This document shows, piece by piece, positions 1 to 9,910 of a stretch of 64,000 bases of DNA; the stretch's first letter is position 1, and the number at the start of each line of letters is the position of its first letter. The position numbers and the translations under genes are program-made. The notes beneath the pieces were generated by a model, which did no database searches, was not told the DNA's origin, and saw only the letters and a program-made list of their open reading frames with translations. The stretch covers positions 4,064,001 through 4,128,000 of the forward strand of contig CAWIAD010000002.1 in the NCBI GenBank assembly GCA_963833985.1, given 5' to 3'. This stretch comes from an uncultured Planctomycetaceae bacterium (GTDB lineage Bacteria; Planctomycetota; Planctomycetia; Isosphaerales; Isosphaeraceae).

Positions 1-2467
1 ACCGCCGGGTTGTCGTCGGCGATCTGCTGCTTGATCTGCATGGCGGTGCGGAATGCGGCCTCGGCCTCGGGAAGCCGACCCGCCACGTTCAAGAGCAGGC
101 CGCCGAGGTTGTTGTAGACCATCCCCAGCCGGCGCCGGTACTCGGTGTTCGTGGGGTTTTCCTGGACCAGCTTCTCGTAGATCGCAAGCGCCTTGCGGTA
201 CTCTGCGCCGGCCTCAGCGGGCCGGCCTGTACGAGCCAGCACGTTACCGATCCGGTTGATTGTGTTGGCCAGTTCCCGACGCGCCTCGGGCGTTGCGCCG
301 GCAGCGTCGGCGAGGATTTCCTGGTCGGCACGAGCCTGGCGCAGGACCTCCAGACCGTCAGCCGCGTGGCCCGTGCTGTAGAGTAGATAGCCCAGCCGAG
401 ACCGGCAGTCGGCCAGTGCCGCCCGGACCTGCCTGGAGGCTGTGCCCGAGGCAGACGCCGACAGCGGCTGAGCCGCCAGCAAGAGCTCGGCTTTGCGGTA
501 GGTCGCCAGCGCCTCGCCGGTCGTGTGGATGCCCTCCAGCAGGCTTGCGATGGCTGTCAGGCTGCGGCCGATCTCGGCTCTTGCCTGAGGATCCGCCGTC
601 GGTTCGGCGACCAGCGCTCGCGCGCCGCCAGCACCGACCGATGTGCCGCCAGGGCTTCTTCCTTGCGGCCCACCTTGTCCGTCAGATCAGCCAGCTCGAA
701 GTTGGATGCCGCCAGCGCCCTGCGCGAGGCGAGGTCAGTCTCCTGACCAAGCAAGGCCGAGAGCTTGCCGTAAAAGTCCGCGGCCGACCTGAGCAGCCGG
801 TCGCGCAGCTCCCGGAACTGGTTCTGTTTCAGCAGGAAATCCTCGCTCACGCCCGTGTGAAACGTCTTGATGGCGTCGACGGCCAGATCGTAGCGCTCTT
901 GCACCTTTGTGTTGGCGGCGATGAGGTCGGAATTGGCCGTCGCCAGTGCCGTGTTCGCCCTGGCCAGTGCGGTGTTCGCTCGCTCGGCGCGGATCAGCCC
1001 CCAGGTGGTGCCGGCGATGCCCAGGATGAGCGAGAGCAACAGCAGCGCGGCCGCGGCCACCTGTCCGCGATGACGGACGGCGAACTTGCGCAGCCGGTAA
1101 CCGGCGCTGGGCGGCCGGGCCTCGACAACCTCGTTGCTCAGGTATCGCTGGATGTCGCGTGCCAGGCCGTTGGCCGTCTCGTAGCGCCGGTCGCGCGCCT
1201 TCTCCAGGCACTTCATCACCACCCAGTCCAGCTCGCCGCGCAGAATCGCGGTGAGACGGCGCGGCTCCATCTGACGCACGGCCGCCAGCGACGGCAGCGC
1301 CGCATCCGTGGAAAGCCGGGTGGACGGCTTTGACGGCTCCTCCTCGCGGATGATCCGGATCATCTCCGTGAGAGCGGCCTTCCTGAGCCGGCTGGCGTCG
1401 ATCGGCCGCAAACCAGTCAGCAGCTCGTAGAGCACCACGCCCAGCGAGTAGATGTCGGAGCGCGTGTCGATATCCTCGCCCGATAACCCGGCCTGTTCGG
1501 GCGACATGTATTCGAGCGTTCCCACCACGGCGCCGAACTGGGTGGCCAGCGATTCATCGGTCAGCTTGCCGGCGGCCGCGGTGGCCTTGGCCACGCCGAA
1601 ATCAATCACCTTGGGTACGGGCCTGCCGTCCACCAGGGTGACCAGGATGTTCGCCGGCTTCAGGTCGCGATGGACGATGCCCTTCTGGTGCGCATGCTGC
1701 ACCGCCTGGCAGATGGGGACGAAGAGCTCCAGCCGCTCCCGTGGCGTCAGTTTCAACTCGTCGCAGAATCTCGTCAGGGGCAAGCCGTTCACCAGCTCCA
1801 TCACGAAGTACGGCTGGCCGCTGGCCGTCATGCCGCCGTCGAGCACCCGGGCGATGTTCGGGTGGTCCATGAGCGCCAGCGCCTGGCGCTCCTGCTCGAA
1901 GCGCTGGAGCACCGCGCGTGAATCCATTCCAGGCTTGATCAGCTTCAGCGCCACCTGGCGCTTCACGGGCTCGGTCTGACGCGCGACCCAGACCTCTCCC
2001 ATCCCGCCCTCACCCAGCTTCTCCACGAGCGTGTACCGCCCCGCGATCGCAGCGCCGGCGTCGAGCCGGAAGCGCGCCCCGGCAGGGTCCACCATCGAAA
2101 AGGAACCAGCACCGGTCTGCGGACGGAGCTCCCCGGTGGCTGACGTTGCGTCGAGGTCCCGAGGGCCGGACGTCAGCGAGATTCTCCGTGTTCCGTGATC
2201 TCGCGCAGCAGCATCGGACGAGGCGGTGAACTCGCGGGTCAGCTCCGTACCGGCTCCGTCCGTCGCGGGCGAGGTGGAATCGGCGGACGCCTGGGGATGG
2301 GTCGGAGGGCTGAGCAGCGTCGCCCCGGCGGTCTCGTGTGCAGCCAGGAGAGTTTCGACAGCGCGGAGCAGTTCCGGCTTGCCGGCGCACGCCTGCTGGA
2401 GAAAATCGGCACGCTCTTGCGGGCTTGACTTGGCCAGGGCCTGATCAAGGAGCGTCTCTTCGTTCAT
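1..2467 (-). CDS. Ser/Thr protein kinase with TM segment and C-terminal TPR-like region (3' end beyond window; apparent frameshift near 615)
   Basis: GEGGMGEV, VALKLIK, HRDLKPAN, DFGVAK and GTLEYMSPE motifs in ORF 557..2629; likely start MNEETLL at 2467; restoring one G near 615 continues the frame (AREALVAEPTADPQARAEIGRSL) toward position 1. Confidence 0.88.
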
Positions 2468-2759
2468 CGTCGTCTCCAGCACGCCAGAGTGGGTGGGCAG
2501 CGAGATGTCCAGTGCTTCGTGTGAAGGGGTCAAACTGCCTCTTAGCATCCACACAATTCTTACGAGATGCAATTGCTTTGTTGGAGATTCCGCGTCGGGA
2601 CAGCCGCGCGATCGTCCACGGTCACTCATGACGACCAGGCCTGATCCCGCGGGCCGGGTGTGCAGGCGGTCAGATCGCCCACCGCTCTCGCGATCTTCAT
2701 CGGAACTGCGATAGAATACCTCCTTGTCGATCAGCCGTATTCATTCAATGAGGTCTGCC

Positions 2760-2963
2760 ATGCTCAGCGCCCGCAATCAGCTTCCCGCCGTTGTGAAATC
2801 CGTCACGCTGGGAAGCGTGATGGCTGAAGTCGTCGTCGAGGTCGCCGGACTGGAAATCGTTGCCGCGATCACCCGCGGCTCGGCGGAATCTCTCAAGCTC
2901 CAGGCCGGAGACCGTGTCAAGGCGGTGATCAAGTCCACGGAGATCCTCATCGACAAGTCTTGA
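2760..2963 (+). CDS. TOBE/Mop-domain molybdate-binding small protein
   Basis: MLSARNQL...SVTLGSVMAEV...AAITRGSAESLKLQAGDRVKAVIKST is the Mop signature; GAGG upstream. Confidence 0.9.
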   Translation: MLSARNQLPAVVKSVTLGSVMAEVVVEVAGLEIVAAITRGSAESLKLQAGDRVKAVIKSTEILIDKS

Positions 2964-3005
2964 GCCGGGCAGGTTGCCGGACATTCGTCCAAAAGGTTTG
3001 CGGAG

Positions 3006-5572
3006 ATGATGAAGCCCGCTCGCGTGTTCAACCCGTCCGGCGCGATCACGATCCGCGGCGCCCGGGTGCACAATCTGAAGAATGTCGACCTCGACGTGCC
3101 GCGCGATCGCCTGGTTGTCTTCACGGGTGTGAGCGGGTCCGGCAAGAGCTCGCTGGCTTTCGACACCATCTTCGCCGAGGGGCAGCGCCGCTACATTGAT
3201 TGCCTCTCCAGCTTTGCCCGCCAGTTCCTGGACCAGCTGGAACGCCCGGACGTCGACCTGATCGAGGGCCTGCCGCCCACGGTGGCCATCGATCAGAAGG
3301 CCGGCCAGGCCAGTCCGCGCAGCACGGTCGGCACCATCACCGAGATTCACGACCACCTGCGCCTGCTGTATGCCCGGCTGGGTACGCCGTTCTGCCCGCA
3401 CTGCCGCGTGGCCATCCACCGGCAGACGCCCGAGCAAATGGTAGCGCACGTCCTGGCTCTGCCGCAGGGCCGTAAGGTGATGCTCCTCGCGCCCTGGTGC
3501 GCGGTCGCAAGGGCCAGCACCTCGAGGTCTTTCAGTCCATCCGCCGGGCGGGCCTGATCCGCGCCCGCGTGGACGGCCAGATCGTCGAGGTGACCGATCA
3601 GCCGCCCAGGCTGGCGAAGGCGAAGGCCCACCAGATCGAAGCGGTCGTGGACCGGCTGGTCATCCGCGACGGCATCCGTACCCGCCTGACCGAGAGCCTG
3701 GACCTGGCCCTCAAGCTCGCCGAAGGCGTGGTCGTGATCACCGCCGAGACGGACCAGGGATGGGAAGACCAGGTGCTCAGCCGCGAGCTTTCCTGCCCCG
3801 CCTGCGGCGCAGGGTTGCTTCCGCTGGAACCGCGCGGCTTCAGCTTCAACAGTCCCCAGGGCGCCTGCCCGCAATGCGAGGGGCTGGGGACCGTTCCCAA
3901 CCCGGCGCCCACTCCCGGATTCGGCGATGAGAAAGTGATCTGCCCTGCCTGCGGTGGCACGCGTCTCCGGCCGGAGGCCCGCGCCGTGCGCGTCGGCGGC
4001 CGGTCCATCGACGAGCTCTCCGCCCTGGCCATCAGCGCGCTGCGGGCCGAGATCGAGCGCATACCTTTCGACCCGGCCGCCGAGCCGGTCGCGCGGCCGA
4101 TCGTCCGCGAGATCACCGGCCGCCTGGGTTTCCTGGAAGAAGTGGGACTGGGCTACCTGACACTGGCCCGTGGGTCCGACACGCTTTCGGGCGGGGAGCT
4201 CCAGCGCGCCCGGCTGGCCACTCAACTGGGCGCGGGGCTGGTGGGCGTTGGCTACGTGCTCGACGAGCCGACCGCCGGCCTGCACCCGTGCGACACCGAC
4301 CGGCTCATCGCCAGCCTGCGCAAGCTTCAGGCCCAGGGCAACAGCCTGCTGGTCGTCGAGCACGACGAGGCCGTCATCCGCGCGGCGGACTGGGTGATCG
4401 ACCTTGGCCCCGGTGCCGGTCCCGACGGCGGCCGGCTGGTGGCGGCCGGCCGCCCCGAGCAGCTTGCCATGGCTGCCGGCTCCATCACCGGCCGCTACCT
4501 GCGCGAACGCACAGCGCCATCGCCGGGCAACCGCACGCGCACCGCGCCCGACGATACGGGCGGCTGGATCGTCATCAAGAATGCACAGCAGCACAACCTC
4601 AAGGACGTCACCGCGCGGATCCCGCTGGGCCGGCTCACCTGCGTCACGGGCGTGAGCGGATCCGGTAAGAGCACGCTGGTGCACGACGTCCTGGCGCGGG
4701 AGTATCGGCGACTGGCCCGGCAGCAACCGGTTGATCGCGCTGCCTCTGCGGTGCTCCAGGGCATCGAGCAGATCACCATGCTCATCGAGGTCGATCAGGG
4801 TCCCATCGGCCGCAGTCCGCGCTCCACGCCCGCCACCTTCACCGGCGTCTTCGACGGCATTCGCAAGGTCTTCGCGGCGACGCGCCAGGCGAAGCTGCGC
4901 GGCTACGGCGCGGCGCGGTTCAGCTTCAATGCACGCGGCGGGCGCTGCGAGGCCTGCGAGGGCCAGGGCCGGCGCAGGGTTCCCATGCAATTCCTGCCTG
5001 ATCTTTATGTCACCTGCGCGGAGTGCCAGGGCCAGCGCTTCAACCGCCAGACTCTGGAGATCCGCTTCAAGGGCAAATCGATCGGCGACGTGCTCGACCT
5101 GCAGGTGGATGAGGCCCGCTCATTCTTCGCCGCGCAGCCGCGCGTGCTGCCGGGCCTGGACGCCCTGCATGACGTGGGCGTGGGCTATCTGACGCTGGGC
5201 CAGTCCAGCACCACGCTCTCCGGCGGCGAGGCCCAGCGCATCAAGCTGGCGGCCGAGCTTGCCCGGCCCGCCGCCGGCCATTGCCTGTACATGCTCGACG
5301 AGCCGACGACCGGATTGCACTTTGCCGACATCGACCGGCTGATGCACATCCTCAATCGCCTGGTGGACCAGGGCCACACCGTGGTGGTGATCGAGCACAA
5401 TCTGGACGTCATCGCCGCCGCTGACTGGCTGATCGACCTTGGCCCCGACGGCGGCGACGCCGGCGGCACCCTGGTTGCCATGGGCCCACCGGAAGTCGTC
5501 GCGTCTGTCCCCGCGAGCCGGACAGGACACTACCTGCGGCAGCGGTCCAGCGCAGCCACGCAGGCCGGCTGA
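3006..5572 (+). CDS. uvrA: Excinuclease ABC subunit A, compact paralog (frameshift near 3495)
   Basis: GARVHNLKN, two GVSGSGKS Walker A motifs, AEGQRRY, LSGGE twice, LDEPT twice, CxxC zinc fingers; split across ORFs 3006..3557 and 3497..5572. Confidence 0.92.
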
Positions 5573-5684
5573 CACCGTGCCGGCTTGGCTTCAGGCCGCC
5601 GTCGAAACCTGGTCCGCCCTCGCCACGCGAAGTTGCGGCGAGGCAGTCAAGGGCGCATCGAGCACCGTGGTGCCAGCCCGCAGA

Positions 5685-6469
5685 TCACGGCCTGACGGCC
5701 GCGCGGCCGAAGTCTTCATGCGGCAGCGATCCGCGCGTGCTCGCCGTGGTATCGAGGGCTTCCAGCAGCGCGTCCACGTCGGCGAAGGGGCGATCTCCGG
5801 CATGGACCCAGCGGACCGTGCCTTCGCGGTCGACGATGAACGTTCCATGCAGGGCTTCTCCGTCGTCCCTGGTGCCGCCGGGAAATGGCTTCCAGACCCC
5901 GTAGGAGAGGGCGACGGCATGGTCGGAATCACTCAGGAGCGGGATCTGGAAACTGCCGAACCGCCGCATACGATCGCGCGAAAAGTTCGGGCTGTCGGCA
6001 CTGACGGCCCAGACCACCGCGCCCGCGCGCGGATTCGAGGCATCGCCTGCTCCAGTTCCACCAGATGGGTCACGCATGCCATGCAAGTGGAACCGAGGTA
6101 AAAGACCAGCACCACCGGCCCGTTCGCGGCCACGGCGCCCAGGTCGTGCGGCTTCCCCCACGCGTCCTCCAGCACGAGCGGCGGGGCCGGCCGGCCAAGG
6201 AGCGGATGGGCCTGGGTAGGGATCCGGTGTCCAGTTTCGTCCTCAGACTCATTGAAGGTCGAGACGGACCGAATTCGCTCGTCCATGATCTGCCGCATGA
6301 GGTCCACCTGGACGACGCCCCGGGTGTGACCGGTGTCATCGACCTTCGACCGCTGGAATACTCCTGGTACCGGCCGCGCAGGCCGCTGGCCGTGGAGCGT
6401 CCACCACGCCCAGGCCGCCGAGACGGTGATGACCGCAATCAAGCCCGATGCGCGCGTGAGTCTCTTCAT
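5685..6469 (-). CDS. Membrane-anchored AhpC/TSA redoxin family protein (frameshift near 6025)
   Basis: N-terminal hydrophobic stretch; GRPAP...VVLVFYLGSTCMAC (CxxC); continues in the other frame as AVSADS...PLLSD...GTFIVDREG. Confidence 0.8.
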
Positions 6470-6491
6470 GGGAAGCACGGCCAGCCTCCGC

Positions 6492-6866
6492 TCAATCGAA
6501 GAACGGTTTCGACTCGCGCAGCAGATACGCCTCTTTCTCGGCCTCGCCCCAATCTCCGGCCTGGGCTTTCTGGATGATCTCCTGGAGATCCTTGTGGCTC
6601 GCATCGGAGAGCTCGCCCGCGTCGTGACGCTCCTCGATGCGCCTCATGTCCCTGTCCAGCTCGTTCTTGTTCCGCAGCGTGATGGCCGTCAGCAGCGCCT
6701 CGAGCTCGCGGCGGTTCTTGTACTCCCGTTCCGAAGGCTCGCCACAGCCGGCCAGCGTGAGTCCGACCGCGATCGCCAGAAGCCAGACCGTTCGCAGCCC
6801 CCGAACGCGTCCCCGGCGCTGATCCGGATCGCTGGACCGAGGCAGTCCCTCAATAGGCGTCAGCAC
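6492..6866 (-). CDS. Small predicted lipoprotein
   Basis: Hydrophobic segment ending in lipobox LAGC; overlaps the stop region of the upstream DUF1559 gene. Confidence 0.7.
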   Translation of the reverse strand: MLTPIEGLPRSSDPDQRRGRVRGLRTVWLLAIAVGLTLAGCGEPSEREYKNRRELEALLTAITLRNKNELDRDMRRIEERHDAGELSDASHKDLQEIIQKAQAGDWGEAEKEAYLLRESKPFFD

Positions 6867-7896
6867 TGATCACCTCCCCGTTGCTGCGGCTGCTCAGAGC
6901 GCTCCACGTCCTCAGGTTGATGGATTGCTTGATGAAACGGACCGATCCGTCGCCCAGCAGGACATTGGCCCCGCCAGGGTGGAGCGCGTACATCTCATCG
7001 GTGTGCCCAAGGGGGCTGTTCGGGGGATGGATGACGACCGGGTCTTCGTACAGCGAGGGGCCGCTATGAGCCGCCAGGATGGCGTTGGCGTAGTCGAAGT
7101 TGACCCCGAGCCCGCCCGTGCCCAGACTGGCGAAGGCATTGTAGGCGAAGTGCCGGTAGCCGGGGATGATGCCCACCCAGGTGGCGTCCGACAGGTAGGG
7201 CGTGCGCTCGCCGGCGAAGACCGTGTTGCTCAGGCCGTCGGTCACGCCGGCGAACCGGATGCGGCTGTTCCGAAAGATTGGCCCGTTGCAGCCGGTCACC
7301 GTGTTGTCGTAATTCACGGTCACCGGCATGCCCGAATCATTCCAGCCGACGTTGTAAACGTAGTTCGATCGCGCGAAGGACTGGTTCGCCACGGGCAAAG
7401 GGATCAGGTTCGCGTCGACCATCGCGCAGTTCGGCGACGGGTTGTTGGCCGAAGGGCAGACGAAGACGCTCATTTGCGTGATGACGGCCGTGCTGTTGCC
7501 GGCCACCCACGTGGGCAGGTTCACGTTGATCGCGTTCGAGAGCGTGCCCTGCTCAAGCTGGGGCAGCAACATCGCCAGCCAGCCCCAGCCGGGCCCGTTG
7601 TCGCCCGTCTGCGGGTCGGGGTTGTAACCCGGTACGCCCAGAACGGGCAGGGGACCGGTGACGCTGATGTATCCCGAAACGATGCAGCCGACGGCCGACT
7701 CGTAGTTCGCGATCGCCAGGCCAATCTGCTTCATGTTGTTGGTGCATTGCGCGCGTCGGGCCGCCTCGCGGGCCGACTGCACCGCCGGCAGCAACAGGGA
7801 GATCAGAACGGCGATGATGGCGATGACCACCAACAGTTCGATCAGGGTGAAACCACCTCGCCTTGCTCGCTGCAATCGACCTGAAAGCATTCTCAT
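6850..7896 (-). CDS. DUF1559 prepilin-type N-terminal cleavage/methylation protein
   Basis: GFTLIELLVVIAIIAVLISLLLPAVQSAREAARRAQCTNN, DGLSNT and HPGGANVLLGDGSVRF. Confidence 0.95.
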   Translation of the reverse strand: MRMLSGRLQRARRGGFTLIELLVVIAIIAVLISLLLPAVQSAREAARRAQCTNNMKQIGLAIANYESAVGCIVSGYISVTGPLPVLGVPGYNPDPQTGDNGPGWGWLAMLLPQLEQGTLSNAINVNLPTWVAGNSTAVITQMSVFVCPSANNPSPNCAMVDANLIPLPVANQSFARSNYVYNVGWNDSGMPVTVNYDNTVTGCNGPIFRNSRIRFAGVTDGLSNTVFAGERTPYLSDATWVGIIPGYRHFAYNAFASLGTGGLGVNFDYANAILAAHSGPSLYEDPVVIHPPNSPLGHTDEMYALHPGGANVLLGDGSVRFIKQSINLRTWSALSSRSNGEVISADAY

Positions 7897-7934
7897 CACT
7901 CCATGATCGACGTGGAAGCACGCGATCACGGAGA

Positions 7935-7963
7935 ATCCTAACGCAAGTCTTTTGGTGGTGCAA
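7935..7963 (-). promoter_or_regulatory. Putative sigma70 promoter of the DUF1559 operon
   Basis: Minus strand TTGCAC-N17-TAGGAT, about 40 bp upstream of the start codon. Confidence 0.55.
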
Positions 7964-7970
7964 TGGAGAT

Positions 7971-7986
7971 TTTTGGGTAACCAAAA
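7971..7986. promoter_or_regulatory. Palindromic operator candidate TTTTGG-GTAA-CCAAAA
   Basis: Dyad in an AT-rich patch, 7 bp upstream of the putative -35. Confidence 0.5.
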
Positions 7987-8057
7987 TTTTATCGCCTACT
8001 CTTGCGAACAATGAGATTCATGACGTCAAAGCGACGGACCCAGGGACCGTGGTGGCC

Positions 8058-9787
8058 CTACCGAGCCTTCTTGATCCGGAGGTTCCGGTATTCGACCACG
8101 TTGAGCTCGGACTGGAGCGCGAGCGGACCTTTGTCCGGGATGGTGAGGGTGGCTTCGAGCAGCTCGCCGTTACAGGTGCATCGCGCCTTTGTGCCGGTGA
8201 CGACCACCTCGATCGCATTCCAGTCGCCATCATTGTAGGACCTGAGGGTCTTGTAAGGGCCGACCCGCGGGTAGTCACGGATCTGAAGCTGGTGTGCGAA
8301 CGCCTTATCGCGCAGGTGCAGCCCGCTATTGGCGTTCCTGGAGGCGCGGAATTCCAGGCGGAGGGTGAAGTCGCCGTCATAAGACTCCACCGTGTCGATC
8401 TCGGCCATCTTGAGGGGCGTGTCCTTCGAGCCGTTGATCACGAGCATGCCGTCCCGGACCGCGAAACGGCGGTCCTCGGATGCCGTCTTCCCGGCCAGCT
8501 CGGTGCTGCCCTGCCGCCAGCCGGTCAGGTCCTTCCCGTTGAAGAGGGGCAGGAAACCCGGCTCAGCGGCGGGCGCGGCGGTGAGAGGAGCCGTGGCGAA
8601 GGGTCGCGCGGGTGCAGCTCCGGAGGGCGAGCCTGCGGAGGGTGCTGCGCCTGGTGCTGCAGCTGGCGGGCCCGGTCGCGATCCGGCGCCGCGGCCCTGC
8701 CCGATGGGACGGGGCGGGTTGGCGACGTGGGCGGCCACTTCCCTGGCGGCTCTGGTCTCCACGCCCGGTTTCTGGAGGAATCCGAGATCCCGAGCCCAGT
8801 CGATGAAGCGATACTGCCAGGTGCCGAAGGGTATGCCGTTGCGGTCGGTCAATCCGCCGGACATGCGGCTCCCATCCGGCAACGGGTCACCCGGGTGCCG
8901 TCCGTTCCCGTAAAGGTGCATCTCCACGTTCGGCACGCCGGCGGCCAGCATTGCCTGGTAGTAATCGAGGGTCCAGAAGGCGTGGACGCGGTCGCCGGCA
9001 CTGGCGCAGACGAGGAATGCGGGCGGGACGTCCTTCGGAACCACCGGCGCCGTGCGGTTGCGGGCGAAGGGCGTTGGGCCGGGGTAGATGAGGCCGACGA
9101 AGTCCGGCGCGAGGAAGTGCCGGCAAACGGGTCCGACGTGCCGTTGTTCGTCCTGTCCCAGTCGTCGTAGAGCAAGGCGGCCGGCGCAGCCAGCTCTGCG
9201 CCCGCGGAGAAGCCCATGACGCCGATCTTCCTGGGGTCGATGCCCCATTGCCTGGTGTAGGCGCGGACGACCCGGACGGCCTGCTGAGCGTCGTGGACGG
9301 CATCAACCTCGGCCACATAGCCGTCCGCGCGCAGCCGGTTCCGCAGGATGACCGTGTTGATGCCGTAATTGTAGAAGAAGGGGACGAAGTCGGCGGCCTC
9401 GCCACCCACGTTCAGCGTCCGGTGGCCACCTCCGGCGATGGCGATCACCGCGGTGCCCGTGTTGATGGACTTCTCCACGAGGTGGACTTCGATCGAGGGA
9501 TTGTGGATGGAGACGATGCTGGAGATCCGGCCGGGGACCGCCTGGCTCATGTGGTAAATCTCGGGCACGTGCAGCCTGTCAGCCTTCAGGTAGGGTGAAT
9601 CGGGCGGGAAGAGTGTGACCACGATGCCGCCGGGCAGGATGGCCTGGGGCGCGTACGGCCGGCCGGTGTCGGCCGCCGTCTTTGGCACGGACTGGGGTGC
9701 CGGCAGCGCGGGCAGCAAAGCCTTCTCCTGCGCCACCGCAGATGCGCCGAGGAAGGCGCAAACGGAGAACAGTGCTGTTCGTCTCAT
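8058..9787 (-). CDS. Secreted alpha/beta hydrolase fused to DUF1080 (3-keto-disaccharide hydrolase-like) domain (frameshift near 9110)
   Basis: Signal peptide MRRTALF...AQ; GIDPRKIGVMGFSAG nucleophile motif; Pro/Ala linker; LFNGKDLTGW...NSG...WN...LQSE...YRNLRIK. Confidence 0.85.
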
Positions 9788-9910
9788 CGGTTCTTGAACC
9801 TCTGTGTTTGTCGCAGTCGCCACACCACTGCCGCAGTTGCCGCGCAATGAGCACAGGGGTCATCTTACCGGGTCCTGGCTCGACCAGGGACACCCGGATG
9901 GCAACCAGAT

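Noticed and set aside
2640..2760. ModE box upstream of the Mop gene
   Set aside because: No TATAT-N7-TATAT-like pattern visible
3006..5572. Calling frameshifted genes such as uvrA pseudogenes
   Set aside because: Each has a single indel at a low-complexity site with all motifs intact; sequencing error is more parsimonious
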